A stretch of DNA of 64,000 nt from Alphaproteobacteria bacterium (lineage in GTDB: Bacteria > Pseudomonadota > Alphaproteobacteria > UBA828), in the NCBI GenBank assembly GCA_965221125.1, contig CBDCRW010000004.1:32001-96000 (forward strand). Reading direction: 5' to 3'. A model generated the notes under the pieces. That model was not told the origin of the DNA and did not search any database. It saw only the letters and a list, made by a program, of their open reading frames with translations. Positions 56,114-64,000 of the stretch are shown piece by piece. A program made the position numbers and the translations under genes. Position 1 is the stretch's first letter. Every line of letters starts with the position of its first letter.

Positions 56114-57282
56114 CGATGCGCTGGGAGAGCGGTTCGATGCTCGAGCGCCGAGGCCAAAACCGCTCTCGGCACGGCCTTCGGGGTCTTGCCGGCGTGGCCG
56201 CCGCCGCCGCGCTCTGGCTCGGCGCAGGCGCGCCCGATGGGGCCGCCCAGCAGCCGCCTGCCGTGGTCTCCGTCGACGAGGTGCGGATGGAGGCGATGGC
56301 GCAGACCGTGCCGGTGATCGGGCGCCTGGTCGCCCGGCGGTCGGGCGAGGTCGCGGCCCGCACTGCCGGCCCGGTTGCGGCGCTTCATGTCGAGGTGGGC
56401 GACCGCGTGGAGACGGGCGATGCCATCGCCGTTCTCGACACGGTCCGCCTTCGTGCCGAGCGCGACCGCCTGGCGGCGATCGTCAACCAGGCGCAGGCGC
56501 AGCTCGAGCGCATGACCGCCCAGGCGGCCCTTCACCGCCAGGAGCTGCGCCGTCTCGAAGGGCTCCGCGATTCGGCCGCGTTCAGCCAGGGCCGCTACGA
56601 GGACGCCAAGCAGGAGGTGATCATCGCCGAGAGCGCCATCGGTACGGCCGACGCCACCCGCGTGAGCGCAGCCGCGAGCCTCTCGCTCGCCCAGATCGAC
56701 CTCTCCTGGGCCACCATCCAGGCTCCCTATCCCGGCGTCATCACCAAAGTTCACACCGAGGTCGGCGCCTGGCTCGCCGTCGGCCAGCCGGTGGTGTCCC
56801 TGCTCAACGACCTCGATCTCGAGGTCGAAGCCGACGTGCCATCGAGCCGCGTCGCGGCGTTGATCGACGGCACGGCGGTGGCGCTCGTCCTCGACGACGG
56901 CAGCGAGCACATGGCGGCCGTGCGCACGGTCGTGCCGGAGGAAAACGCGCTCACCCGCACGCGCCAGGTCCGCTTCACGCCGCACTTCGGGCCGGTGAGC
57001 AAGCCGCTCGCGGTCAACCAGTCGGCGACGGTGCTGATCCCGGCCGGGGCGGAGCGGCAGGTGCTCACCGTGCACAAGGACGCCATCGTCCGCAATCAGG
57101 GGCAGGCGTTCGTCTATGTCGCCTCGGAGGGCACGGCGCAGATCCGCCCGGTGCAGCTTGGCGCGGCCGTGGGCGGCCGCTTCGAGGTCCTGGGCGGCCT
57201 CGGCCCCGGCGAGCCGGTCGTGGTGCGCGGCAACGAGCGCCTGCAGCCCGGCCAGGCCATCACCGTCGCCGGGGCCGGCTAG
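56110..57282 (+). CDS. RND efflux membrane fusion protein
   Basis: VEVGDRVETGD, IQAPYPGVI, GLGPGEPVVVRGNERL. Confidence 0.9.
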   Translation: MTMRWESGSMLERRGQNRSRHGLRGLAGVAAAAALWLGAGAPDGAAQQPPAVVSVDEVRMEAMAQTVPVIGRLVARRSGEVAARTAGPVAALHVEVGDRVETGDAIAVLDTVRLRAERDRLAAIVNQAQAQLERMTAQAALHRQELRRLEGLRDSAAFSQGRYEDAKQEVIIAESAIGTADATRVSAAASLSLAQIDLSWATIQAPYPGVITKVHTEVGAWLAVGQPVVSLLNDLDLEVEADVPSSRVAALIDGTAVALVLDDGSEHMAAVRTVVPEENALTRTRQVRFTPHFGPVSKPLAVNQSATVLIPAGAERQVLTVHKDAIVRNQGQAFVYVASEGTAQIRPVQLGAAVGGRFEVLGGLGPGEPVVVRGNERLQPGQAITVAGAG

Positions 57283-57297
57283 GGCAGCGTCTCGGCC

Positions 57298-60200
57298 ATG
57301 AACCTGATAAGGCTGGCCATCGACCGGCCGATCGCGGTGGTCGCCGCGATCCTGATGGTGGTCATGTTCGGCCTCGTCGCGCTGCAGACCATCCCGATCC
57401 AGCTCACGCCCGACGTCCGCAAGCCGCTGCTCACGGTCGAGACCTACTGGCCGGGCGCCGCGCCCGCCGAGGTCGAGCGCGAGATCATCACGCAGCAGGA
57501 GGAGGTGTTCAAAGGCCTCGAAGGGCTGAACCGCATGGTCGGCTCGGCCGACGACGGCGTCGGCGAGATCGAGCTGGAGTTCGCCGTCGGCACCGACATG
57601 GACCGCTCGCTCGTGCTCGTGGCCAACCGCCTGGATCGCGTGCCCGACCAGCCGAGCGACGCCGCCGAGCCCGTCATCAGCGCCGCCGGCTCCGAGGACC
57701 AGCCCATCGCCTGGTTCATCCTCTCGCGCGAGCCCGGCAACGACCGCCCCATCCACACCTACGGTGACTTCGTGGAAGACGTGATCCAGGAGCGCCTGGA
57801 GCGCGTGCCGGGCGTGGCCCGCGTGAACATGTTCGGCGGCACCACGCGGGAGCTTCGCATCACGGTCGATCCCGAGCGCATGGCCCGCTACGGCCTCACC
57901 GTGACCGAGATCGCGGACGCGCTCAGGCGGTCCAACGCCTCGATCTCGGCTGGCGACATCGACGAGGGCAAGCGCCGCTACGTGGTCCGCACCGACGGCG
58001 AGCTCAACACGCCGGAGCGCGTCGCCGGCGTCGTGCTGCGCTCCGACAGCGACCCCCTCTCCGGCCGGGTCGGCCGCGTCACCATGGGCGACATCGCCAC
58101 CATCGCCTACCGCCACAAGGAGCCCGTCGCCCGCATTCGCCAGCTCGGCGAGCCGGCGCTCGCCGTCAACGCGGTGCGCGAGACCGGCGCCAACGTGATC
58201 GAGACCATGGAGAGCGTGAAGCAGGCGGTGGCGGAGCTCAACGCCGGCGCCATTCCGCAAGCCGGGCTCGTCTTCGAGCAGGTCTACGACGAGACCGTCT
58301 ACATCAACTCCGCCATCGACCTGGTGCAGCAGAACATCTTTGTCGGCGGCGCGCTGGCGGCGCTGATCCTGCTGCTGTTCCTGCGCTCCTTCTCGGCCAC
58401 CCTCATCGTCTCGATCGCGATTCCCGTCTCGGTCGTGGGCTCGTTCGTCGCGATGGCGATTCTCGGGCGCTCGATCAACGTGATCTCGCTGGCGGGCCTC
58501 GCATTCGCCGTCGGCATGGTGGTGGACGCGGCCATCGTGGTGCTGGAGAACATCTACCGCCTGCGCCAGAGCGGCTACGGGCGGCTGCAGGCCGCCTACC
58601 ACGGCGCGCGGCAGGTGTGGGGCGCGGTGTTCGTCTCGGCCGCGACCACGGTGCTCGTCTTCGTGCCGATCCTGGTGATGGAGCTGGAAGCCGGCCAGCT
58701 GTTCCGCGACATCGCCGTCGCGATCTCTGTTTCCGTCGTCCTTTCCCTTATCGTGGCGAGCACCGTGATCCCCTCGCTCGCGAGCCGGATCCTCGGGCGC
58801 AGGCGCAGGCGCGACCCCGGCGCCTCCGCAGCGCTCGCCGCCCGGGAGGAAGCGCCCTACCGGCTCCGCCTTCCCGTCATCGACGATGCCGCGGCGTTCT
58901 TCGTCCGCATCATCCTGGGCTTCACCGGCTGGGTGGTGCGCCGCCGCGCGCGCGCCGCGGCCGTGGCGGTCGTGGTCTGCGGTGGTGCGCTCTTCGTGTC
59001 GTGGCTGCTGCTGCCCCGGCTCGACTACTTGCCCACCGGCAACCGCAACCTCGTGTTCGGCGTCCTGCTGCCGCCGCCCGGCTACAACCTCGAGACCACC
59101 ATGGGCATCGCGCGCTCGGTCGAGGATGCCGTGAAGCCTCTCTGGCAATCGGAGACGGGACCAGTCGCAGCACCCGGCGAGCCGCCGAAGATGGAACGCT
59201 TCTTCTTCGTGACCTTCCGCGACCAGGCCTTCGTCGGCGCGGTCGCGGTCGAGGCCGACCGGGCCGGCGAGCTGATCGATCCCATCCGCCGGCCGGTGTT
59301 CTTCGAGCCAGGCACCTTCGGCTTCGTGAGCCAGGCCTCGCTCTTCGGCCGCGGGATCGGCGGCGGGCGCAAGATCGACGTCGACATCTCCGGCCCGGAT
59401 CTCGAGACCGTGCTCGGCATCGCGCTGCAGGCGACCGGCCTCGTCGCCCAGGCGCTCCCCTTCGACCAGGGCAACCAGTTCCGCCCCAAGCCCGGCCTCG
59501 AGCTTGGTGCGCCCGAGGTGCGCCTCCTCCCCGACCCCGTCAAGCTCGGCGACAACGGGGTCTCCGCGCGCGAGTTCGGCGCCACCATCGAGGCCTACAA
59601 CGACGGCCTCAAGGTCGACGAGGTGACCATCGACGCCAAGCGCTACGATCTGGTACTGGCGGGGCCGGACGCCAACGTCGACCGCACCCAGGGCATCGAG
59701 AGCCTGCCGGTGGTGACGAGGGCGGGCGCCACGGTGCCCGCAAGCTCGCTCGCCGACATCGTGGTGACCGCGGGCCCGACCAAGATCCGCCATGTCGAGC
59801 GCGAGCGCACGATCACGCTGGAGATCCGCCCCGCCGCGGACATTCCGCTGGAAATCGCGTTGGAGAGGCTGGAGACCGGCGTCGTGCAGGCGCTGGAGGG
59901 CCGCGGGCTGCCGCCGGGGGTGAAGATCAGGCTCTCCGGCACCGCCGACGACCTGGAGGCGACGTGGGATGCGATGGCGATCAATCTCGTGGTCGCCATC
60001 GCCATCGTCTACCTCATCATGGCCGTGCTGTTCGAGAGCTTCATCTATCCCTTCGTCATCATGCTCTCGGTGCCGCTGGCGGCCGCAGGCGGCGTGCTCG
60101 GGCTTGCGGCGGTCAACACCTACACCTTCCAGCCGCTCGACATGCTGACCCTGCTCGGCTTCGTCATCCTGGTCGGCATCGTCGTCAACAACGCGATTCT

Positions 60201-60537
60201 GCTCGTCCACCAGACCCTCTACCACATGCGCGAAGAGCAGATGGCGGTGGCCGACGCGATCACGACGGCGACCAGGAACCGCATCCGGCCGATCTTCATG
60301 TCGACGCTGACCAGCGTGTTCGGGATGCTGCCGCTGGTGCTCTTCCCCGGCGCGGGCTCGGAGCTTTACCGCGGGCTCGGCTCCGTCGTGATCGGCGGGC
60401 TTGCGCTCTCCGCCGTTCTCACGCTTCTGATCGTCCCGCCGCTGCTGGCGGTGGTGGCGACCCGCCAGCAGGGCAGGCGCGAACGGCTGAGCACTGCCCT
60501 GGACGGCCCCTCGCTCGGCGGCACCGGCGCGGAATGA
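57298..60537 (+). CDS. RND efflux permease (AcrB/AcrD/AcrF family)
   Basis: GMVVDAAIVVLENI, GIVVNNAILL, RIRPIFMSTLT; 1079 aa. Confidence 0.95.
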   Translation: MNLIRLAIDRPIAVVAAILMVVMFGLVALQTIPIQLTPDVRKPLLTVETYWPGAAPAEVEREIITQQEEVFKGLEGLNRMVGSADDGVGEIELEFAVGTDMDRSLVLVANRLDRVPDQPSDAAEPVISAAGSEDQPIAWFILSREPGNDRPIHTYGDFVEDVIQERLERVPGVARVNMFGGTTRELRITVDPERMARYGLTVTEIADALRRSNASISAGDIDEGKRRYVVRTDGELNTPERVAGVVLRSDSDPLSGRVGRVTMGDIATIAYRHKEPVARIRQLGEPALAVNAVRETGANVIETMESVKQAVAELNAGAIPQAGLVFEQVYDETVYINSAIDLVQQNIFVGGALAALILLLFLRSFSATLIVSIAIPVSVVGSFVAMAILGRSINVISLAGLAFAVGMVVDAAIVVLENIYRLRQSGYGRLQAAYHGARQVWGAVFVSAATTVLVFVPILVMELEAGQLFRDIAVAISVSVVLSLIVASTVIPSLASRILGRRRRRDPGASAALAAREEAPYRLRLPVIDDAAAFFVRIILGFTGWVVRRRARAAAVAVVVCGGALFVSWLLLPRLDYLPTGNRNLVFGVLLPPPGYNLETTMGIARSVEDAVKPLWQSETGPVAAPGEPPKMERFFFVTFRDQAFVGAVAVEADRAGELIDPIRRPVFFEPGTFGFVSQASLFGRGIGGGRKIDVDISGPDLETVLGIALQATGLVAQALPFDQGNQFRPKPGLELGAPEVRLLPDPVKLGDNGVSAREFGATIEAYNDGLKVDEVTIDAKRYDLVLAGPDANVDRTQGIESLPVVTRAGATVPASSLADIVVTAGPTKIRHVERERTITLEIRPAADIPLEIALERLETGVVQALEGRGLPPGVKIRLSGTADDLEATWDAMAINLVVAIAIVYLIMAVLFESFIYPFVIMLSVPLAAAGGVLGLAAVNTYTFQPLDMLTLLGFVILVGIVVNNAILLVHQTLYHMREEQMAVADAITTATRNRIRPIFMSTLTSVFGMLPLVLFPGAGSELYRGLGSVVIGGLALSAVLTLLIVPPLLAVVATRQQGRRERLSTALDGPSLGGTGAE

Positions 60538-61283
60538 GGCTGCAGGACGCACCGCCGCTTCATCCGTGGGATCTGTCGCCGGCCGAGGCGATCGCGCTGC
60601 AGAAGACGCTGGCCGGCACCGTGGTGCGCTCGGACCGGCTGGGGTCCGGCGGCCGCCGCGCCATCGGGCGGGTGGTAGGCGTCGACGCCGCCTTCGCCGA
60701 CGGCGGCAAGGTCATCAGGGCGGCGGCGGTGATGCTGTCCTACCCCGGACTGGAACCGATCGACGAGGTACTGATCGAGCGCCCGACGACCTTCCCCTAC
60801 GTGCCGGGGCTGCTCTCCTTCCGCGAAGTGCCCGCTCTGCTGGAGGCTCTGTCCGGGCTCACTGCGGCGCCGGACCTGATCCTCTGCGACGGTCACGGCT
60901 ACGCCCATCCGCGCCGCTTCGGGCTCGCCTGCCATCTGGGCCTCTGGCTGGATACGCCCGCCATCGGGGTCGCGAAGTCGCGGCTCACCGGCACCCACGA
61001 CGAGCCCGGTCCGGCGAAGGGCGATGTCGCATGGCTCCTCGCCGGCAAGGGCGAGAAGCCCCGTGAGCGCCTCGGCGCCGTCCTTCGCACTCGCGCGCGG
61101 GTGAAGCCCGTCTACGTTTCGGCCGGCCACCGCATTTCGCTCAGGACCGCGCTGGCGCTGACCCTCGCCTGCACGACGCACTATCGCCTGCCCGAGCCGA
61201 CGCGCCTCGCCGACAAGCTCTCGAAGGCCCGCCGGGCCGGGGGTAATGGGATGGAGGCCTTCTCGCGCCTACTCGGTGCCTGA
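60534..61283 (+). CDS. nfi: Endonuclease V
   Basis: VVGVDAAF, FPYVPGLLSFRE, LCDGHGYAHPRRFGLACHLG, IGVAKS, PVYVSAGH, RLPEPTRLAD. Confidence 0.96.
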   Translation: MRLQDAPPLHPWDLSPAEAIALQKTLAGTVVRSDRLGSGGRRAIGRVVGVDAAFADGGKVIRAAAVMLSYPGLEPIDEVLIERPTTFPYVPGLLSFREVPALLEALSGLTAAPDLILCDGHGYAHPRRFGLACHLGLWLDTPAIGVAKSRLTGTHDEPGPAKGDVAWLLAGKGEKPRERLGAVLRTRARVKPVYVSAGHRISLRTALALTLACTTHYRLPEPTRLADKLSKARRAGGNGMEAFSRLLGA

Positions 61284-61300
61284 GTTGGCGGCGGCCTGAC

Positions 61301-61546
61301 CTATCGCTCTTGCTGGGCGATGTCCCCGTCGCCTGTGTTCACCGCCTCGTCTGCCGCAGCGGTGGCACCGTCGGCCGCGTCCACCGAACCCTCCTCGGCG
61401 GCGTCGCCCTCGGCCGTCTGGCCGGCCTTCTCCTGCCGTCTGAGCTCGGCCCGCTCGGCCTTCAGTTTGGCGCGGGCGGCCTTTCTGGCGGCCTTGTTGC
61501 GCTCACGTTCGAGGCGAGCGAAGCGATAGTTGGGCTTGCGTGCCAT
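61301..61546 (-). CDS. Small protein with basic N-terminal helix and acidic tail
   Basis: MARKPNYRFARLERERNKAARKAAR...; GGAAGGA RBS; downstream of the cold-shock gene. Confidence 0.75.
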   Translation of the reverse strand: MARKPNYRFARLERERNKAARKAARAKLKAERAELRRQEKAGQTAEGDAAEEGSVDAADGATAAADEAVNTGDGDIAQQER

Positions 61547-61692
61547 TCGAATCCTTCCGGCGTGGCGGCGGTGCACGCAGGGCGCACCCGCCCGCCGGCG
61601 CGGCGAGGGCTACCCCGTCGCGCCCGTGCGGGCGGCGCCGCACCGCCGGCAGCGGTCGCCGCCGGCGGTTTGTGGGGGAGGTCTGCCGGGGC

Positions 61693-61902
61693 TCAGTCGA
61701 GAACGACCAGATTCTCTGCCGACGCTCTGCCGTCGCGGCCCGGTGTCAGCTCGTACTCGACCTTCTGGCCTTCGCGCAGGTTGGTGAGCCCCGCCCTCTC
61801 GACAGCGGAAATGTGGACGAATGCATCCTTGGACCCGTCGCTCGGCTGAATGAACCCGTAACCTTTGACCGAGTTGAACCACTTCACCGTTCCAGTCGCC
61901 AT
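61693..61902 (-). CDS. cspA: Cold-shock protein
   Basis: GTVKWFN..KGYGFI (RNP1), AFVHISA (RNP2); AAAGGAG RBS. Confidence 0.95.
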   Translation of the reverse strand: MATGTVKWFNSVKGYGFIQPSDGSKDAFVHISAVERAGLTNLREGQKVEYELTPGRDGRASAENLVVLD

Positions 61903-62114
61903 GACTACTCCTTTCGCAAAGTTGTACGCCCGCGCCACGATTTGCGGCGTCGCGGGATCTCGGGGCGCAGCGTGTCTCTAGAGTAGCTCGGCCCGGCTGG
62001 AGCCAGTCAGCGAAGATACATCAAGGTCACGTGCAACCGACCGGCCCCTTGTTGGGCCATTGTCGCCCGTATTGCAAGGAGTTTCGCGCGCAGGGATTCG
62101 CGCCGGCAAGCCTG

Positions 62115-63782
62115 TCAGCCGCCCTTGGGCAGGAACTTGAACGCCCATTTGACCGTGATCGCGTCCTCGATCGGGCCCGTCAGCGCGATCTGGGAGGTGC
62201 GCCGCTGCCTCGCGCCGTCGCCGGCGTAGACGCTCTCGTCGATGCTCATGGAAGCGCCGGCGGCGCGCATCTGCCACATCGCGCCGCTGGGGAGCCGCAG
62301 CAGCGCCGCGCGCCGGTCCTCGGTCATCGCGCAGCGCACGTCGGGGTGCAGGTGGAAGCGCACCGCGAACTCGCGCCCGCGCCGCCGCCGCGTTCTCACG
62401 TGCGTAAGCGAATCCTCACCGCGCACGTCGCTGCCTGCGGCGCCCACGTAGAGCCTGCGCTTGTGAAGCAGGCCGAGGCCGTCGAGGTAGCCGTCGTGGC
62501 TGGCGTCGATCCAGGTCGCGCCGTCCCGCTCGCGCCGCTCGACCTTCACGGCGTTGGGGCCGTCGGCAATCGTGCCGTCCGAGCCGAGGGTCGCGCTGTT
62601 GGTGTCGTCGACGACGAGCGTGCTGTGGGCCGCCGTGGCGCGCAGCGCATCCAGCCACCCGTCGTCGCTGCCGCGCCAGCCGCCGCAATTGACGACGAGG
62701 CGCTCGCGCCCGGCGCTCAGCTCCAGGCTCAACGTGCCGGCATGCGCCCAGCGCCCGGCGGCCGCCGGCGCGCCGGTATCCGCGATCAGCGTGGTGTGCC
62801 TGCTCTCGATTCGCGAGAAGCCGGTGTCGGGCGTCTCGTGCGGGGCGCTGGTGTCGCTCGCCGCCGCCCGGCTGAGCGCGAGATCGATGAGGCCTCGCTC
62901 TTCCTCGACCCCGCCGTTGAACAAGGCGAGCCCGCCGTCGCCGTGGCGGAACAGCTGGAGCGCCGACGCGATCCGGCCAATCCCCTCCGAGAGCGCCGGA
63001 GACGCCGGGTGTCCGCCTTCCTCCAGCGTCGCGCTCAGCCCGGCGAGGCACCAGAGCGCCGCGAGGTGCGTCGACGGGTTTCGCCCCAGCCGGTTGCCGT
63101 TGCCGGCCTCCTGCTTCGCCAGCGCCGCCTCGACGAGCTTGAGGCCCTGGGCGATGCGCCGCTCGCCGTCCGCGAGGCAGAGCCCGCTCTCGATCAAGCC
63201 CCTGGCGGCGATCAGCCGCGGCAGCCCTTCGCCCGCGTTGCGCGCAGTTCGCGTGAGGTGGCTGGCCTGCAGCTCGAGCCCCTTGTGGAAGCGCCGGGCG
63301 AACGCGTCGTCCGCGCCCTGCAGCAGAAACGCGCTGTGGGCGAGCCAGGCCGAGAGGCGCCGCCCGAGGGCCTCGGGCCCCCAGGCCGCGGCCACGGCGT
63401 TCTCGGTTGTCCGGTGGCGGCGCAGCCAGTCGAGCACCATGGCGCGGCCGCGCTCCGCCGCATCGCCCGTGCCGGCCGCACGCAAGTCCCGCAGCCAGGC
63501 AAAGCCCTGGAGCTCGGCGAGCCAGTATTCGCCGGCGCCCTTGTGCCGCCAGGGCGTCTCGCCCTGCTCGCCGACGTCGCCGGCGCGAACGACCTGCCCG
63601 CCGAAGTCGTAGACGCCTGCGGCCAGCGCCTCGCCGCGCCCGGCGACGCCCGGTATCAGGTCGGGCGGCCGGTGCAGGAGTTCCGGTATTTCCTCGGGCG
63701 TGCGCCGTGCGGAGACGCGGCGGCGCACGCGCCGCAGGGCACCGAGAAAGCCTCCCGGGGCCTGCTCGTCCCTTGCGCCCAT
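62115..63782 (-). CDS. Heparinase II/III family protein
   Basis: LQGFAWLRDL, FRHGDGGLALFNG, HAGTLSLELS, LVVNCG, RATAAHSTL, ASHDGY; usual neighbour of rpe. Confidence 0.9.
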   Translation of the reverse strand: MGARDEQAPGGFLGALRRVRRRVSARRTPEEIPELLHRPPDLIPGVAGRGEALAAGVYDFGGQVVRAGDVGEQGETPWRHKGAGEYWLAELQGFAWLRDLRAAGTGDAAERGRAMVLDWLRRHRTTENAVAAAWGPEALGRRLSAWLAHSAFLLQGADDAFARRFHKGLELQASHLTRTARNAGEGLPRLIAARGLIESGLCLADGERRIAQGLKLVEAALAKQEAGNGNRLGRNPSTHLAALWCLAGLSATLEEGGHPASPALSEGIGRIASALQLFRHGDGGLALFNGGVEEERGLIDLALSRAAASDTSAPHETPDTGFSRIESRHTTLIADTGAPAAAGRWAHAGTLSLELSAGRERLVVNCGGWRGSDDGWLDALRATAAHSTLVVDDTNSATLGSDGTIADGPNAVKVERRERDGATWIDASHDGYLDGLGLLHKRRLYVGAAGSDVRGEDSLTHVRTRRRRGREFAVRFHLHPDVRCAMTEDRRAALLRLPSGAMWQMRAAGASMSIDESVYAGDGARQRRTSQIALTGPIEDAITVKWAFKFLPKGG

Positions 63783-63796
63783 GAAACCGGGTGAGG

Positions 63797-64000
63797 CTAG
63801 GAGACCGCTGCGCCGACTGCGCGCGGCCTTGCGTGGTCGTCGAGCGAGGCCGTGCGCCCCGCCTCACCCGCTGCTCTCAGTCGCGCGATGTTGCCAGGAT
63901 ACGCGGACCGGCTGCCCGCGAAGCTCGCGGAGCCCGCGATCAGCACGTCGGCGCCTGCTGCGCAGGCCGGGCCCGCCGTCTGCTCGTCGATGCCGCCATC
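63797..64000 (-). CDS. rpe: Ribulose-phosphate 3-epimerase, C-terminal part
   Basis: Translated by hand: DGGIDEQTAGPACAAGADVLIAGSASF...*. Confidence 0.88.
   Translation of the reverse strand, partial: DGGIDEQTAGPACAAGADVLIAGSASFAGSRSAYPGNIARLRAAGEAGRTASLDDHARPRAVGAAVS

Noticed and set aside
55972-60552. Very long alternative ORFs (1526 aa here; also 25875-29240, 11986-14628, 1612-3561, 45981-48131)
   Set aside because: Antisense shadows of real genes in ~70% GC DNA with few stops; no family motifs.

Overview
High-GC alphaproteobacterial (Rhodospirillales-like) chromosomal window. The first ~6.2 kb is the edge of a mobile island. It carries a minus-strand run of small genes (DUF4326-like, ssb, hypotheticals and a 421-aa protein with seven tandem C4 zinc-finger units) separated by self-complementary spacers, then a RelE/HigB-HTH toxin-antitoxin pair and a tyrosine integrase broken just after its HDLRHS motif at an att-like site. 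The rest is mostly core and metabolic genes: tupBCA, holA-lptE-leuS, tRNA-Cys, an isochorismatase/amidase pair bracketed by two copies of a ~175-bp structured repeat with compensatory changes, lptFGD-surA-rsmA (no pdxA), gmk-yicC-mltG-fabF-acpP-fabG-fabD, two tandem LysR genes, EVE and ccmDEFGHI. Further on are a porin, a 2OG-Fe(II) oxygenase, a CUT1 ABC importer with asymmetric ATPases plus an intradiol dioxygenase, a divergent Amt with a small partner protein, DsbA, DMT transporters, an AcoX-like protein, Nudix-RND-nfi, a cold-shock gene, a heparinase II/III-like gene and the 3' end of rpe. All calls were made by eye from motifs and gene order; no searches were run.
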